Part shown: positions 27,273 to 37,003 of the stretch, piece by piece
Position numbering within the stretch: position 1 is the first letter of the stretch
Layout of the letters: the number at the start of each line of letters is the position of its first letter
Sequence record: OQ603353.1
Length of the DNA stretch: 64,000 bases
Strand: one strand, 5' to 3'
Made by a program: the position numbers and the translations under genes
The notes under the pieces: generated by a model
The model's input: only the letters and a program-made list of their open reading frames with translations
Told to the model about the DNA's origin: nothing
Databases searched by the model: none

Positions 27273-28888
27273 TGACTATCTATAACGGCGATGATCCGAA
27301 TATCTCGTTGCCTAATGCTTCATCCATCAACCCACTAATCACCTACGGCTTCCATCAAGTCTACGGCAAGATGGACGGGAATGGCGTTGTTGTGGATACG
27401 ATGGGCATCATGCTGCCAGAAGGTTTCCGTGATATTGAGGTGTGGCGAGACTTCGCTGATAGCGTCGATGAGATAATGAACAGCGAGATTGCAACGCAGA
27501 TCGAAAGCCTGATGAGCACGAACGACCCGTATGCGTCTTCGGTGAATCCTGCTATCGACCGCCGTACCCTCCTGTACCTCATTGGTGCAATCGGATTCAA
27601 GTACAAGCAAAACGACGTGTTTGACATTGATGATTTGAAGCGGTTCGTTCGGCATACTCCGCAATTTTGGGGTGAGAAGGGCAACCGCTTCTTCATTCAG
27701 TACATGAGCTATGTCGTTAACGCCCAGCTTCAAATGCAATACCTGTGGACGCAGGACTACAAGGTGTTCGTCCCCGAGGGTAGTCCACTGATTGGTCGCC
27801 CTGTATGGGAGTCCGCAGTAAATGCCACTGCCAACGTGGTCCCCTTCGGTACAGGCGATGGTGCTCAGACTGTGTTCCCCCTGATGGTGATGAACTCCAC
27901 CATCGACAGCGTTTCGGGAACCCCTACGATCTACCGCGTTGACTGGGCAGGGCAAACGCGCCTATACAACACGCCACGCACCAACCGCATTAGGCGTAGT
28001 GTTGAAATCGGTAGTTCTGCTTGGTACAACGATAATCCCACCAACCTGATTGTGCAGACCACTTCGGCGTCGGCACCTGACGGTAGCGCGACTGCCAGCG
28101 TGCTCAAACCTATGACTACCGGCGCTAACGCAGGCTCGCTTCTTGATGGTAGCGCAGTGACGCCCGGCCCTGTGACCTGTAGCGTTTATCAATCCTCCGA
28201 GGGATTGACCGCAGGACAGAAGGTTCGGTACGCTCTGTGGAGTGTGGACTCAAGCAACGTTATCAGTCTAGTGGGCCAAACGGATTTGGAATGGACGGGC
28301 ACTCAGATGCGCGTGGCCGCATACAGTGGTCTTGCCTCCAGTGTCCTGCAATCCTTGGGTGATGGTTGGTATCGCATTGAGTACACGGGTACGACTGGCG
28401 TTGGTGCTCGACTCTCTATCCAGCCCGGCCTAACCCACACCAATCCTGTTACGGTGTGGGGCGCTCAGTTGGAGCAGGGTAGCTCTGCGACTCGCCTCAT
28501 CAAGACCTACGGCGTTGAAGTAACCACCACGGATTTCGCCTTTACCAACAATAATCGGAGTATCACCCTGTCTTCGCCGCTCCCCGTTGGCGCGAGCCTC
28601 AGCTGGAGCGGAACGTACAATCAGGCAGGCACTTGGTATCCAACAAGTCACGTATACATCGTCTACGACGTTGATAAGTTCCGAGGCTCAGTCTCGAATA
28701 ATTTCAATAGTCAAGACAGCTTGGCTGCATTTTTCTACACCATCGCTCCAATTGAACTGGTAATCCAGTCCTTCGTGCTCAACGTCAACTTTGATCCTAC
28801 GGTTCTACAGTTGGCAGGTGACGTGCAGATTAGCGTATATACGCCGATGGAAGTGGAAGCTATTACTCCGATGAACACTAGGGCTTGA
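27272..28888 (+). CDS. Baseplate wedge protein gp7/gpI-like with carbohydrate-binding-like insert
   Basis: LLYLIGAIGF..FWGEKGNRFFI wedge motif; FGTGDGAQTVFPL; insert with GDGWYRI..WGAQLEQGSSAT (27980-28507). Confidence 0.7.
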   Translation: MTIYNGDDPNISLPNASSINPLITYGFHQVYGKMDGNGVVVDTMGIMLPEGFRDIEVWRDFADSVDEIMNSEIATQIESLMSTNDPYASSVNPAIDRRTLLYLIGAIGFKYKQNDVFDIDDLKRFVRHTPQFWGEKGNRFFIQYMSYVVNAQLQMQYLWTQDYKVFVPEGSPLIGRPVWESAVNATANVVPFGTGDGAQTVFPLMVMNSTIDSVSGTPTIYRVDWAGQTRLYNTPRTNRIRRSVEIGSSAWYNDNPTNLIVQTTSASAPDGSATASVLKPMTTGANAGSLLDGSAVTPGPVTCSVYQSSEGLTAGQKVRYALWSVDSSNVISLVGQTDLEWTGTQMRVAAYSGLASSVLQSLGDGWYRIEYTGTTGVGARLSIQPGLTHTNPVTVWGAQLEQGSSATRLIKTYGVEVTTTDFAFTNNNRSITLSSPLPVGASLSWSGTYNQAGTWYPTSHVYIVYDVDKFRGSVSNNFNSQDSLAAFFYTIAPIELVIQSFVLNVNFDPTVLQLAGDVQISVYTPMEVEAITPMNTRA

Positions 28889-28890
28889 CC

Positions 28891-30033
28891 ATGACCCAAC
28901 TTTACATCACTGAGGCAGGCATCGCTGCTGCCAACTCGTCCAGTCCTAACGGACCTATGATCCAAATCGTGTCGTTCGCCCTAGGCAGCGATTACGGATA
29001 CACCCCTCCACCGTCCTCCGTGTACCCGGGCGCCAACAGCGTCGTTACTTCGCAGAGTGCGCTACGCGGCACGGTACGCTATCCAGTTGGTACTCAGCGT
29101 GCCGTACCCAGTAACTACCACCTCGCCGCTGATGGTATCACAGGCGTGTTCACGCTAGTGGTAGGTCTGGACGTGGGCGACTTCTCGTTTGGTGAAGTCG
29201 CACTCTACATGCCCGGCAACGTCATGTTCGGTATTGCAGTTCTTCCTCAACTGCAAACCAAACTGACTACCACACAGAGTCAGACGGGCAACATCATCAA
29301 CATGACGGTCAGCTTCCAGCTGAACGGTGTCAAGCCCAACATCACTGTGCAGAATGTCACGACCGCACTGGCTGATATTCGCACGGTCGGTACCGTTGAC
29401 GTGATGAGTCCCCCTTCGGCCAGCCCTACCAACAACGCCATTTCTTTGCAGGTTGATGAATACAACCGCAGCAACTTGATGACGAAGCGTGACACCGACC
29501 TGTGGCAGTCCCAGCAGTATGACTGGATTGTACATGAAGGTGTTGTGCAGGTATCGGGCGACAAGACTCTGAGTGATGCGACTCTGGCTACGTCGCCTAT
29601 CTACGTTGCACCGGGCCGCTACATTCTGCAATTCACCAGTGGTGCGTTGAAAGGTCAGGTTCGCCAAATCACAGCCTTCCCTGTGTGGGCTGCAAGTGTG
29701 GTTCGTCGCGTGGGTGACGTTATTCAGCCTACCAACAATCCCAACGTCCTACTTAGGTGTACTACCGCTGGCACTTCGGGTACTGCACAGCCAACGTGGA
29801 ACACTGGCACTTCGGGTGCCACCACTACGGATGGCACGGCGGTGTGGACGTATACGCCCAACAGGGATTCTCCGAATACCACGCTTTCGTGGGCGGGCTC
29901 TACCTCTTCCAATGCGCTGAACGGCGTTACCTACGCTGTGTACCGTGCCGCATCTTTCAGTGGCATTCGTCAGTACATCGGCGAATACATGCTAGACGCA
30001 ATGCCCATCAACTATTACAACCAACACCACTGA
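28891..30033 (+). CDS. Tail collar/proximal fibre protein with CBM5/12-like module
   Basis: MTQLYITEAGIAAA..IVSFALG..F.FGEVALY tail-collar-type N-terminus; WAAS..RVGDVI..RCTTAGTSG..PTW..DGTAVW module. Confidence 0.7.
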   Translation: MTQLYITEAGIAAANSSSPNGPMIQIVSFALGSDYGYTPPPSSVYPGANSVVTSQSALRGTVRYPVGTQRAVPSNYHLAADGITGVFTLVVGLDVGDFSFGEVALYMPGNVMFGIAVLPQLQTKLTTTQSQTGNIINMTVSFQLNGVKPNITVQNVTTALADIRTVGTVDVMSPPSASPTNNAISLQVDEYNRSNLMTKRDTDLWQSQQYDWIVHEGVVQVSGDKTLSDATLATSPIYVAPGRYILQFTSGALKGQVRQITAFPVWAASVVRRVGDVIQPTNNPNVLLRCTTAGTSGTAQPTWNTGTSGATTTDGTAVWTYTPNRDSPNTTLSWAGSTSSNALNGVTYAVYRAASFSGIRQYIGEYMLDAMPINYYNQHH

Positions 30034-30045
30034 GGATTTCCCAAC

Positions 30046-30393
30046 ATGGCTTTCACTCCTTCCTCCGGCGTCCTCGGTCAGATCAAGCCCTCGGGTGCCA
30101 CTGAGACTGTTCTCTACACCTGCCCTGCGGATGCACGTGCCTCCATTAGTGTCACCTGCTGCAATACGGATAGTGGTTCCACTACTGTAACGGTCAAGGT
30201 AAGGTCAGGTTCTACCTCCACTGCTCTTGTGAGCGGCGCACAGTTGGCACCTGCTGGGGAACAGGGACACTCAATCGACATTCGCGCTCTGATTCTTGGG
30301 CCGGGCCAATCGGTAGCAGTCACTAGCTTCAGCGGTACTGTAGATTTCAGTGCAATCGGGTACACGGCGCCTTCCAACGTCGTTGCGTTCTAA
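30046..30393 (+). CDS. Small structural protein (fibre-associated)
   Basis: 115 aa beta-rich (VLYTCP..SVTCCNTD); GAGGA RBS; between fibre genes. Confidence 0.6.
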   Translation: MAFTPSSGVLGQIKPSGATETVLYTCPADARASISVTCCNTDSGSTTVTVKVRSGSTSTALVSGAQLAPAGEQGHSIDIRALILGPGQSVAVTSFSGTVDFSAIGYTAPSNVVAF

Positions 30394-30403
30394 GAGGTGA
30401 CCG

Positions 30404-32689
30404 ATGATTACCCATCAGGATACACTGTTCTCCAACATCCTATACGGAAATAATTGGAGTGCAGCTACCTACCAAGCCGCAAATCGGTTCACCATCCAAG
30501 GTGACAAGCGAACTTCGTATGAGGTAGGTACCCAGGTTCAGATTCTCACGTCTGCTGTAGCTACTATGCAGTACAGCTACGTTAGTGCAGTTACGTTCGC
30601 CTCCAACGTTACTACGGTGACGGTGAGCGACGGTCTATTCGCTTCGGGTCAGAAGATCAACGTTCGTGCATCGCCGTTTGGTGCCAACAACATGCCCCTC
30701 GGCCGACGCTTCAAAGAAATCAGCGTGTTCGGTGCGAACGGCCTGACGATCTCGAATGCGAGTCCGAAGTTCACCCTGTTCGTTGAAGGCGTTGGTGCGG
30801 GCAAGGTCAACACGTTCACTTTCCAGCCGGGCTCGGATGGTATCTCGTTCAAGGTTGGCCGTGATGCAATCGGTCTCGATGCCATGCGCATTGACGCCAC
30901 TTCGACTGCCATCACCAAGGTGACGTTGTTCTCGCCACTGACCTTTGGCGCAACGTACACGGGTGGTCTGACTTCCCTGACCGATCTTCTGACGATTGGT
31001 CAGTATGCACTGACCTATTCGGCTACGGGTTCTTCGACCGGCAGTAACCGCCTGTATGTATCTGGCCCTAACGGTGGTGAGTTCACCGTTGGTCCTACCA
31101 ATGATGCTCAGGTGTTCCGTCGTATTCGACTGCGCGCCACTGACGTTGTGGTCGAGAACAATCCCGGCGGTTCCTCGCAAGCAGGCTCGATCTGGCATAG
31201 CCTCAACTTCGATCCTGACACCCGTGTTACCAAGGGTCAGAATGGTTCTTGGATGGATTCGGCTTACACTGCGATCAACAACCTTAACAACGCTCAGGGG
31301 TATTTCAACCAGTGGGCATCGGGCGCCGCACAGGCTCCTGTTGCAGGTTCGACGGGTGTTGTGCAAACCATGCACAGTGCGGGTGGCAACAACTTTAACC
31401 CTGTGGCTGGTGCTTCGCTGGTGCAGACGGCTTATGTCACCAATGGCACCGCACCTGCCCTGTATGTGCGACGCAACGTAGGTGCTTCGGGTTGGTCTGC
31501 ATGGACTAAGCTGTATACCCAAGCAGATTTCTCGCTTGGCGATTACGTCAAGATCGCAGGCGGTGATACCATCCAGTCCCCGATCACTGTACGTACTGCC
31601 TTGTCCGTTGGCACGACTGCGGATGCAACGTCCACCCTGAACTTCGGTACCTCGGCCAGTCCCAACGGTCCTGCTGCTACCATTTCTGTTACGGGCGGCG
31701 CAGCGACCACGGGTCGTGGTGCAATGACTATCAACGCGCAGTCCATCGCGCTGCCTGCACTGAACGTCAACGGTACGATGAACGTTTCGGGCGCTGCTTC
31801 GATGGCGGGCCCACTGACCATCACTACTGGCTCCATACTGCTGGGTAACGGCACGTATGGGGAATCGCGTATTAGCAATACCTTCGACGACTGGTATTTG
31901 TATTCCAGTCCTACGGGACTTGGCTGGTACAGTATCAGTAAGGGTAGTGCTTTCTCACTGGACAAGAACAGCAAGGCGTTCACGTTCAATGGTGCGGGTA
32001 CCATCAACGGTCAGACTACCATCAATGGTGGTCTGAACGTGGCGAGTGGTAGCGGTATCATCACTTCGGGCAACGTTGTTGGTGCCAACGGCAACTTCTC
32101 CAATGACGTGTTTGCTCCGGGCGCTTTCCGTGGTGCTCGCCTGCACATTTACGCAGGCTGCATTGCCTACGGTCAGGGCTTCCTGCCTAGCTGGAACGAC
32201 TACGGTGATGGCGCAACGGTCCTGACTAACGCACGCGGCGGTGGTACGGGCGGTTTCAAGTTCCGTCAGATGAATAGTGACGGTGGTGGTCAGGTTTTCC
32301 TTGCCTTCATCAACCCGAACGGTACCATCGGTTCGGCGTCGGACGAACGCATGAAGGAATTCGGTAAGGTACTCGACCTGTCTGACGCTCTTCGGTTCAT
32401 CCGTGAGCAGCGAGTCAAGCATATCAAGTGGAAGCACACCGGCGAGGAGGATATTGCGTTTGGTGCGCAGAGCATCTTCAAGACCACTAGGTTCCTGGCC
32501 CACTATGACAAGGGTGCTGACTTCTGGCAGCTGTACTACCCGAAGGTCGCTCTGTATCATCACGAAGCTCTCTTCCATATCCTTGAAGTGCAGAACAATC
32601 ACGAAGCCGACATTCAGATTCTGATTCGCAAGAACGAAAATCTGGAAGAGGAAGTGAAGCAGCTGCGCGAACGGTTGGATTCTCTCTAA
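30404..32689 (+). CDS. Long tail fibre with C-terminal peptidase S74-type intramolecular chaperone
   Basis: 761 aa, Gly/Thr/Ser beta-rich; IWHSLNFDP knuckle; SDERMKE motif then coiled-coil end. Confidence 0.85.
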   Translation: MITHQDTLFSNILYGNNWSAATYQAANRFTIQGDKRTSYEVGTQVQILTSAVATMQYSYVSAVTFASNVTTVTVSDGLFASGQKINVRASPFGANNMPLGRRFKEISVFGANGLTISNASPKFTLFVEGVGAGKVNTFTFQPGSDGISFKVGRDAIGLDAMRIDATSTAITKVTLFSPLTFGATYTGGLTSLTDLLTIGQYALTYSATGSSTGSNRLYVSGPNGGEFTVGPTNDAQVFRRIRLRATDVVVENNPGGSSQAGSIWHSLNFDPDTRVTKGQNGSWMDSAYTAINNLNNAQGYFNQWASGAAQAPVAGSTGVVQTMHSAGGNNFNPVAGASLVQTAYVTNGTAPALYVRRNVGASGWSAWTKLYTQADFSLGDYVKIAGGDTIQSPITVRTALSVGTTADATSTLNFGTSASPNGPAATISVTGGAATTGRGAMTINAQSIALPALNVNGTMNVSGAASMAGPLTITTGSILLGNGTYGESRISNTFDDWYLYSSPTGLGWYSISKGSAFSLDKNSKAFTFNGAGTINGQTTINGGLNVASGSGIITSGNVVGANGNFSNDVFAPGAFRGARLHIYAGCIAYGQGFLPSWNDYGDGATVLTNARGGGTGGFKFRQMNSDGGGQVFLAFINPNGTIGSASDERMKEFGKVLDLSDALRFIREQRVKHIKWKHTGEEDIAFGAQSIFKTTRFLAHYDKGADFWQLYYPKVALYHHEALFHILEVQNNHEADIQILIRKNENLEEEVKQLRERLDSL

Positions 32690-32732
32690 GGACATTGGGC
32701 ACAGGGACGTGCTCCCTTTTTAGGTAGAGGCT

Positions 32733-34124
32733 ATGTGGATCACCCCTCAGAATCAAACTCTTGATGACACGTTCGATCCCTACTTTCCGGGTACAACTCG
32801 GTGGTATGGTTATACCGGCATCCTCATCAACAACACGCAAGACACCTACGATCGGTACGCTCCTTTGCAGTATGGCAGGCAAGCTCCATCCACGGCGATC
32901 CTTGCGCAGAATCAGGTAGACCTGAATCAGATTTACGCAGCCCGAGGTACAGCAGGCTACCTGCAAGGTATCTCTATCCCCAATTGCTACGTAGGTTGCT
33001 CGGGCGTTACCATCAACGATCTTCTCGCTGCGCGATGCACCATCATCATCAAGAACGACGGTACGTGGCAGCAGTGGTTCTATTCCACCAACTACAAGAC
33101 GGATAGCCCGGGTGCGTATGCACCTCCCAATCGCGGCATTCCTCGAACCGAAACCAACTTCAGCAACGGACGCATGAACGCCGCTGGTAACTGGGCACAG
33201 ATTCCGTTCGCTGGTGTAGGTAACAACTACGAGACTTTCTGCCACGCTCCTTGGGCCCCCTACGAAAGCAAGAACCCACCCGATCTGGATTGGGGTACTG
33301 CCGATCACTATAATCGGTACGATGGCGCACTCATCAACTATATCTGGCACAACTTTAAGGGCCAAGGACAGTTCGGTAGCGCTAGTGATCCCTACGTGGT
33401 GCAGAACACTACACAGAACCCTAATGAAGACATTCCAGATGGTCGGGTATATCGCATCGACCGCGATATTCGGTTCACCCTTGGCTTGACTGCACAGGGA
33501 CGCAACAACGTTCGTTGGAACTACGATGACAACGGTGCTCTGTCATGGTACAACCGAGCCAACTTTTCGGTGTACATTCAGACACCCGGCGGCGGTCAGC
33601 GTGTAGGTGCCACGTGCTTGATGACCAATGAGATTCGATGGAACGCGTGGAATTGGACGGGTGGTAGCGTTGGTGGAGGTGGCGGCGGAGGTGGCGGCGG
33701 TTGCGTTGCTGCTACCAGCTATGTTGACTTCCAAAAGACCGCAGGCACGGTTGAGGCGGGCGACTATCTGATGGGCATGACTGATGATCTGCAATTCATG
33801 GAGCTACATGTCCTGAGCGTGCGTCGTCAAGTACAGCCATGTGTCCGACTCTACTCCAAGAGTGGTGTCACCCTTGTGTGCTCAAAGTCTACGCCGCTGA
33901 CCCTACAGAACGGAGACTGTGTGCTGGCAGGCGAGGCACGTGCAGGCATTAAGCTTCCGGTACGATTCTTCGCTGCTGATCCTGAGTGGGAAACCATCAT
34001 CAAGATCGAGGAGGTTGGCAACCGAGAAGTGATGCTCATCAACTGCGGTGGACAGAGCTATGCTGCCGGTGAGTTGCCGGGCCGTTATATCTACACCCAC
34101 AACAACAACCAGCAGAAGATGTGA
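32733..34124 (+). CDS. Fibre-tip adhesin C with Gly10 linker and C-terminal Hint domain
   Basis: 463 aa; aromatic/Asn-rich body; G10 then Cys 33702 (CVAATSYV), LVCSKSTPL, WETIIKIEEVG.REV, IYTHN 34103. Confidence 0.78.
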   Translation: MWITPQNQTLDDTFDPYFPGTTRWYGYTGILINNTQDTYDRYAPLQYGRQAPSTAILAQNQVDLNQIYAARGTAGYLQGISIPNCYVGCSGVTINDLLAARCTIIIKNDGTWQQWFYSTNYKTDSPGAYAPPNRGIPRTETNFSNGRMNAAGNWAQIPFAGVGNNYETFCHAPWAPYESKNPPDLDWGTADHYNRYDGALINYIWHNFKGQGQFGSASDPYVVQNTTQNPNEDIPDGRVYRIDRDIRFTLGLTAQGRNNVRWNYDDNGALSWYNRANFSVYIQTPGGGQRVGATCLMTNEIRWNAWNWTGGSVGGGGGGGGGGCVAATSYVDFQKTAGTVEAGDYLMGMTDDLQFMELHVLSVRRQVQPCVRLYSKSGVTLVCSKSTPLTLQNGDCVLAGEARAGIKLPVRFFAADPEWETIIKIEEVGNREVMLINCGGQSYAAGELPGRYIYTHNNNQQKM

Positions 34125-34543
34125 TGATTGGTTCTGACCAACTCTCAGAAGTAGGTGTACCTGTCGGAGAGCTCTCCATTGGGAGGACTCTAGACGTATA
34201 TGCGGTGGACGATCTACACTCGGTCATCCGCCTGAAAGGAACCGTCTCAAATCGGGTCCTCCGTAGTGCAGAAGTAGTCACCATCACAACTGCCTCCGGC
34301 GCTTCCGTTGTGGTGGCTGCCCAAAGTCGCCTCCCTGTCTATAGCGGACAGACGGCGCTGGCTAAGAATGTTGGTGCCAACATGATTGCTGTGATGGCCC
34401 CTAATGGCGCTTTTCGGTGGGAGCGGGTTGACACCATCGAGGCTGGTACTGAGGCCGTAGTGGACCTCAAGTGTGAAGGCTACATAGTAGCCGGTAACGA
34501 TCCTAAAACCGGGCTAATCTTGGTGTCTGGATCGCTGTCGTGA
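34121..34543 (+). CDS. Stand-alone Hint-fold-like protein lacking catalytic residues
   Basis: 140 aa; ITTASGASVVV, FRWERVDTIEAG..VVDL..YIVAG align with Hint strands; no Cys1 and no terminal HN. Confidence 0.6.
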   Translation: MMIGSDQLSEVGVPVGELSIGRTLDVYAVDDLHSVIRLKGTVSNRVLRSAEVVTITTASGASVVVAAQSRLPVYSGQTALAKNVGANMIAVMAPNGAFRWERVDTIEAGTEAVVDLKCEGYIVAGNDPKTGLILVSGSLS

Positions 34544-34555
34544 CAGTCAATTTTA
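34544..34555 (+). promoter_or_regulatory. Candidate phage late promoter motif CAGYYAATTTTA (copy 1)
   Basis: CAGTCAATTTTA, intergenic; matches copies at 43423 and 54782. Confidence 0.5.
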
Positions 34556-34622
34556 CGTAAGGACATAAGGCTACGGATAGCAGCCTCACATAAAGACACT
34601 TCCCAACAAATAAGGAACGATC

Positions 34623-35300
34623 ATGCAACTCCAGGTTCTTCTCTCCTCCGTCGAAGCTCTCAAGTACGTTGCCGGCCTGCGTCTGCCTGCTGTCAAGGCG
34701 TTCAAGGTCAGTTCGTACCTGCAACGTGCTCAGGTCCACATTGACGCATGGCAGGCAACCGGCCGGACTCTGGCCCAGCGCCACTACGGCGAAGACCAGC
34801 AGCCGCTGTCTCCCGAAGATGCCGTACAGTTCAAGGCAGCCACTGACGAAGTGCTTGCTTCGGATGTCGAAGTCGATACCGTCAAGCTCCTGAGCTACCC
34901 GGCAGACTTCAAGGAGGAAAGTTTCATCCCCCTGAATATGGCCATCCTGTCTGAGCACTTTGTTGACGTTACCAAGCCCGAAGCTACTGGCGTCACCAAG
35001 ATTAGTCGGGGTAAGCTGATTGGCGCTTACATGTCTCTTCAACAGTTGGGTCAGCAGGAACTGCCGAAGGCTGTTGGTGAGAATCTGCTGTTCAACCTGA
35101 TGACGGTCCGAGACCTACTGAATTCGTTCTCGGAGCGCGACGTTGAACTGACTAAGCAGGGCGATGCGAAGGCTCTGGAGGAATATCGTTCCGAGGAAGT
35201 GGAGGTCAACTTCTATCCCATCAACATCAATGCGTTTGGTGATGTTGAAGTGGCTCCGGCACTTCTCGTAGATGCCGCGTGGCTCATCACTGAGGAATGA
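34623..35300 (+). CDS. Tandem two-domain DUF1617-like protein, putative fibre assembly chaperone
   Basis: Halves share L..L....LP.......L..D/EVEV....I pattern; follows the fibre cluster. Confidence 0.55.
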   Translation: MQLQVLLSSVEALKYVAGLRLPAVKAFKVSSYLQRAQVHIDAWQATGRTLAQRHYGEDQQPLSPEDAVQFKAATDEVLASDVEVDTVKLLSYPADFKEESFIPLNMAILSEHFVDVTKPEATGVTKISRGKLIGAYMSLQQLGQQELPKAVGENLLFNLMTVRDLLNSFSERDVELTKQGDAKALEEYRSEEVEVNFYPININAFGDVEVAPALLVDAAWLITEE

Positions 35301-35303
35301 TTC

Positions 35304-35849
35304 ATGGCTGAGTTTGACATTGCCTATAGGCAGCAGAACATCGAGTCGGATTTGATTGATGATCCTACTGACCCTGGGGCTGTGACAAACTATGGTTGGA
35401 ACCTTGGCTCCCTCCGCTTGGTGGGAGTCGAGGCCGACTACGAATTCGTCAAGAGTATGACGGCGGCAACTGCCAAGGAATTGTATCGTCAGTATTTCTG
35501 GCATCCACTTTGGACCGAACTCAAATGTCAGCAGGCGGCAAACAAGCTGTTTACCCTCGCTGTGACAACGTGTGCACCCAACAACTTCAACTTGGCTACT
35601 CGCTGTTTGCAGAGGGCCTTGTGGGCATCGGGCGCTTACGTGCATGAGGATGGAAAGCTTACAGAGGATGTAATAAGCGCGGCTAACGCCGTTGAGTGTT
35701 CGGCCCTAAGCTCTGCCATGCGTAGTGAAATGGCCTCCTACTACAGGACGCTTAACGCGGAGTATGAACTGAGGGTCAAGTACAAGCTGCCCGTGGTAGT
35801 CCCCGTGAATCGTTACATTCGCGTGTGGCTTCACAACTCCTATCGTTGA
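35304..35849 (+). CDS. Divergent GH108-like lysozyme with peptidoglycan-binding segment
   Basis: IESDLIDDPTDPGAVTNYG vs canonical HEGGY.NDP.DPGG.TN.G; KELYRQYFW; CLQRAL...EDGKL. Confidence 0.7.
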   Translation: MAEFDIAYRQQNIESDLIDDPTDPGAVTNYGWNLGSLRLVGVEADYEFVKSMTAATAKELYRQYFWHPLWTELKCQQAANKLFTLAVTTCAPNNFNLATRCLQRALWASGAYVHEDGKLTEDVISAANAVECSALSSAMRSEMASYYRTLNAEYELRVKYKLPVVVPVNRYIRVWLHNSYR

Positions 35850-35859
35850 AGAGGATGGC

Positions 35860-36585
35860 ATGACCATGAGCACGGAAACCGTTCTGATCGGTCTTGGCTG
35901 TCTACCTGATAACGCTCAAGCCCTTGAGGGGGCGTGCATTCGGTACGGCATCGAGACTACGTGGCACAAGTCCATTTTCATCGGACAGATCGCTGTAGAA
36001 ACAGGTGGCTTCCGTGCCACCCGCGAAAGCATGAATTACAGCGTTGAAGGTCTTATCAATGGTTTTGGCCGTCACCGTATCAGTGTGGCGGACGCTCAGA
36101 AATACGGGCGTATTGATAAGGTCGTGAACGGCAAGAAAACTGTTATCCGAGCAGCTAACCAAGTAGCCATCGCCAACATCCTGTACGGCGGTGAGTGGGG
36201 ACGCAAGAATTTGGGTAATACCGAGTTGAACGACGGATGGAATTTCAGGGGCGGCGGTGACAAGCAATTGACTGGCCGCGCTAATTGGACCAACTACAGC
36301 ATGGACACCTATGGTGACTTGCGTGTGCTGGAGAATCCTACTCTGATCGAACTCTATCCCGACAAGAGCTACACTGCTGGTTGGTTCTGGCAACGCAACA
36401 AGCTGGGTGACATTGCTTCGCAATATGTGCTCCCTGATGATCCCAAATCTCCGGAGTACGATTCCATCCTGCGTTCTACTGTTACGGTAGTTACCAAGAA
36501 GGTCAACGGCGGTGACAAGGGTTTGGAGGATCGCATCATGTGGACGAAAAAGGCCCTGCAAGGCTTCAATCAACTCGTACTGTGA
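35860..36585 (+). CDS. GH19-family endolysin
   Basis: FIGQIAVETGGF, RESMNYS, DGWNFRGGG..QLTGRANW, VTKKVNGG.KGLEDR. Confidence 0.92.
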   Translation: MTMSTETVLIGLGCLPDNAQALEGACIRYGIETTWHKSIFIGQIAVETGGFRATRESMNYSVEGLINGFGRHRISVADAQKYGRIDKVVNGKKTVIRAANQVAIANILYGGEWGRKNLGNTELNDGWNFRGGGDKQLTGRANWTNYSMDTYGDLRVLENPTLIELYPDKSYTAGWFWQRNKLGDIASQYVLPDDPKSPEYDSILRSTVTVVTKKVNGGDKGLEDRIMWTKKALQGFNQLVL

Positions 36586-36591
36586 CTAACG

Positions 36592-36620
36592 TGCTGGGAA
36601 CATTAGTTCCCAGCATTCTT
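36592..36620 (+). terminator. Intrinsic terminator after endolysin
   Basis: TGCTGGGAAC-ATTA-GTTCCCAGCA then TTCTT. Confidence 0.75.
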
Positions 36621-36637
36621 CGTATAGGCCCCTGACT

Positions 36638-37003
36638 ATGAGAATTTTAGCCAATAGCACCAAGGTACGCGAAGGGGATTTCTCCAAGCTTCGTATCCCA
36701 AAAGCAAAGCAAGTCAAGGTGCACACGCATGACGCATGGCAGGGCCGAAAGAATCATCACCTGTCCTACGATTTTACTGCACCTAGCACTAGCATGCACC
36801 ATCAAGCAGTCGGGAAGGCCATCCATGAGCATCTTGCGTCTCATGGCCTGTCTCCACACAAACGCTCCAGTTCGGGCAACACGGTTACCATTGAGTACAG
36901 GCACCCATCGGGTCACCGCGCCGTTGTCAAGATGAAGCGTACAAAGCTCGCAGGCGATCCCAACCATCACGTGGAATTCGCCGTAGAGAAGACCGGTAAC
37001 TAA
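36638..37003 (+). CDS. His/Lys-rich small protein
   Basis: 121 aa; HEHLASHGL..EYRHP module resembles repeats in 47320. Confidence 0.55.
   Translation: MRILANSTKVREGDFSKLRIPKAKQVKVHTHDAWQGRKNHHLSYDFTAPSTSMHHQAVGKAIHEHLASHGLSPHKRSSSGNTVTIEYRHPSGHRAVVKMKRTKLAGDPNHHVEFAVEKTGN

Noticed and set aside
33672-33701. Gly10 tract as a slippage or phase-variation microsatellite
   Set aside because: It is encoded by mixed GGT/GGA/GGC codons, consistent with a selected protein linker.
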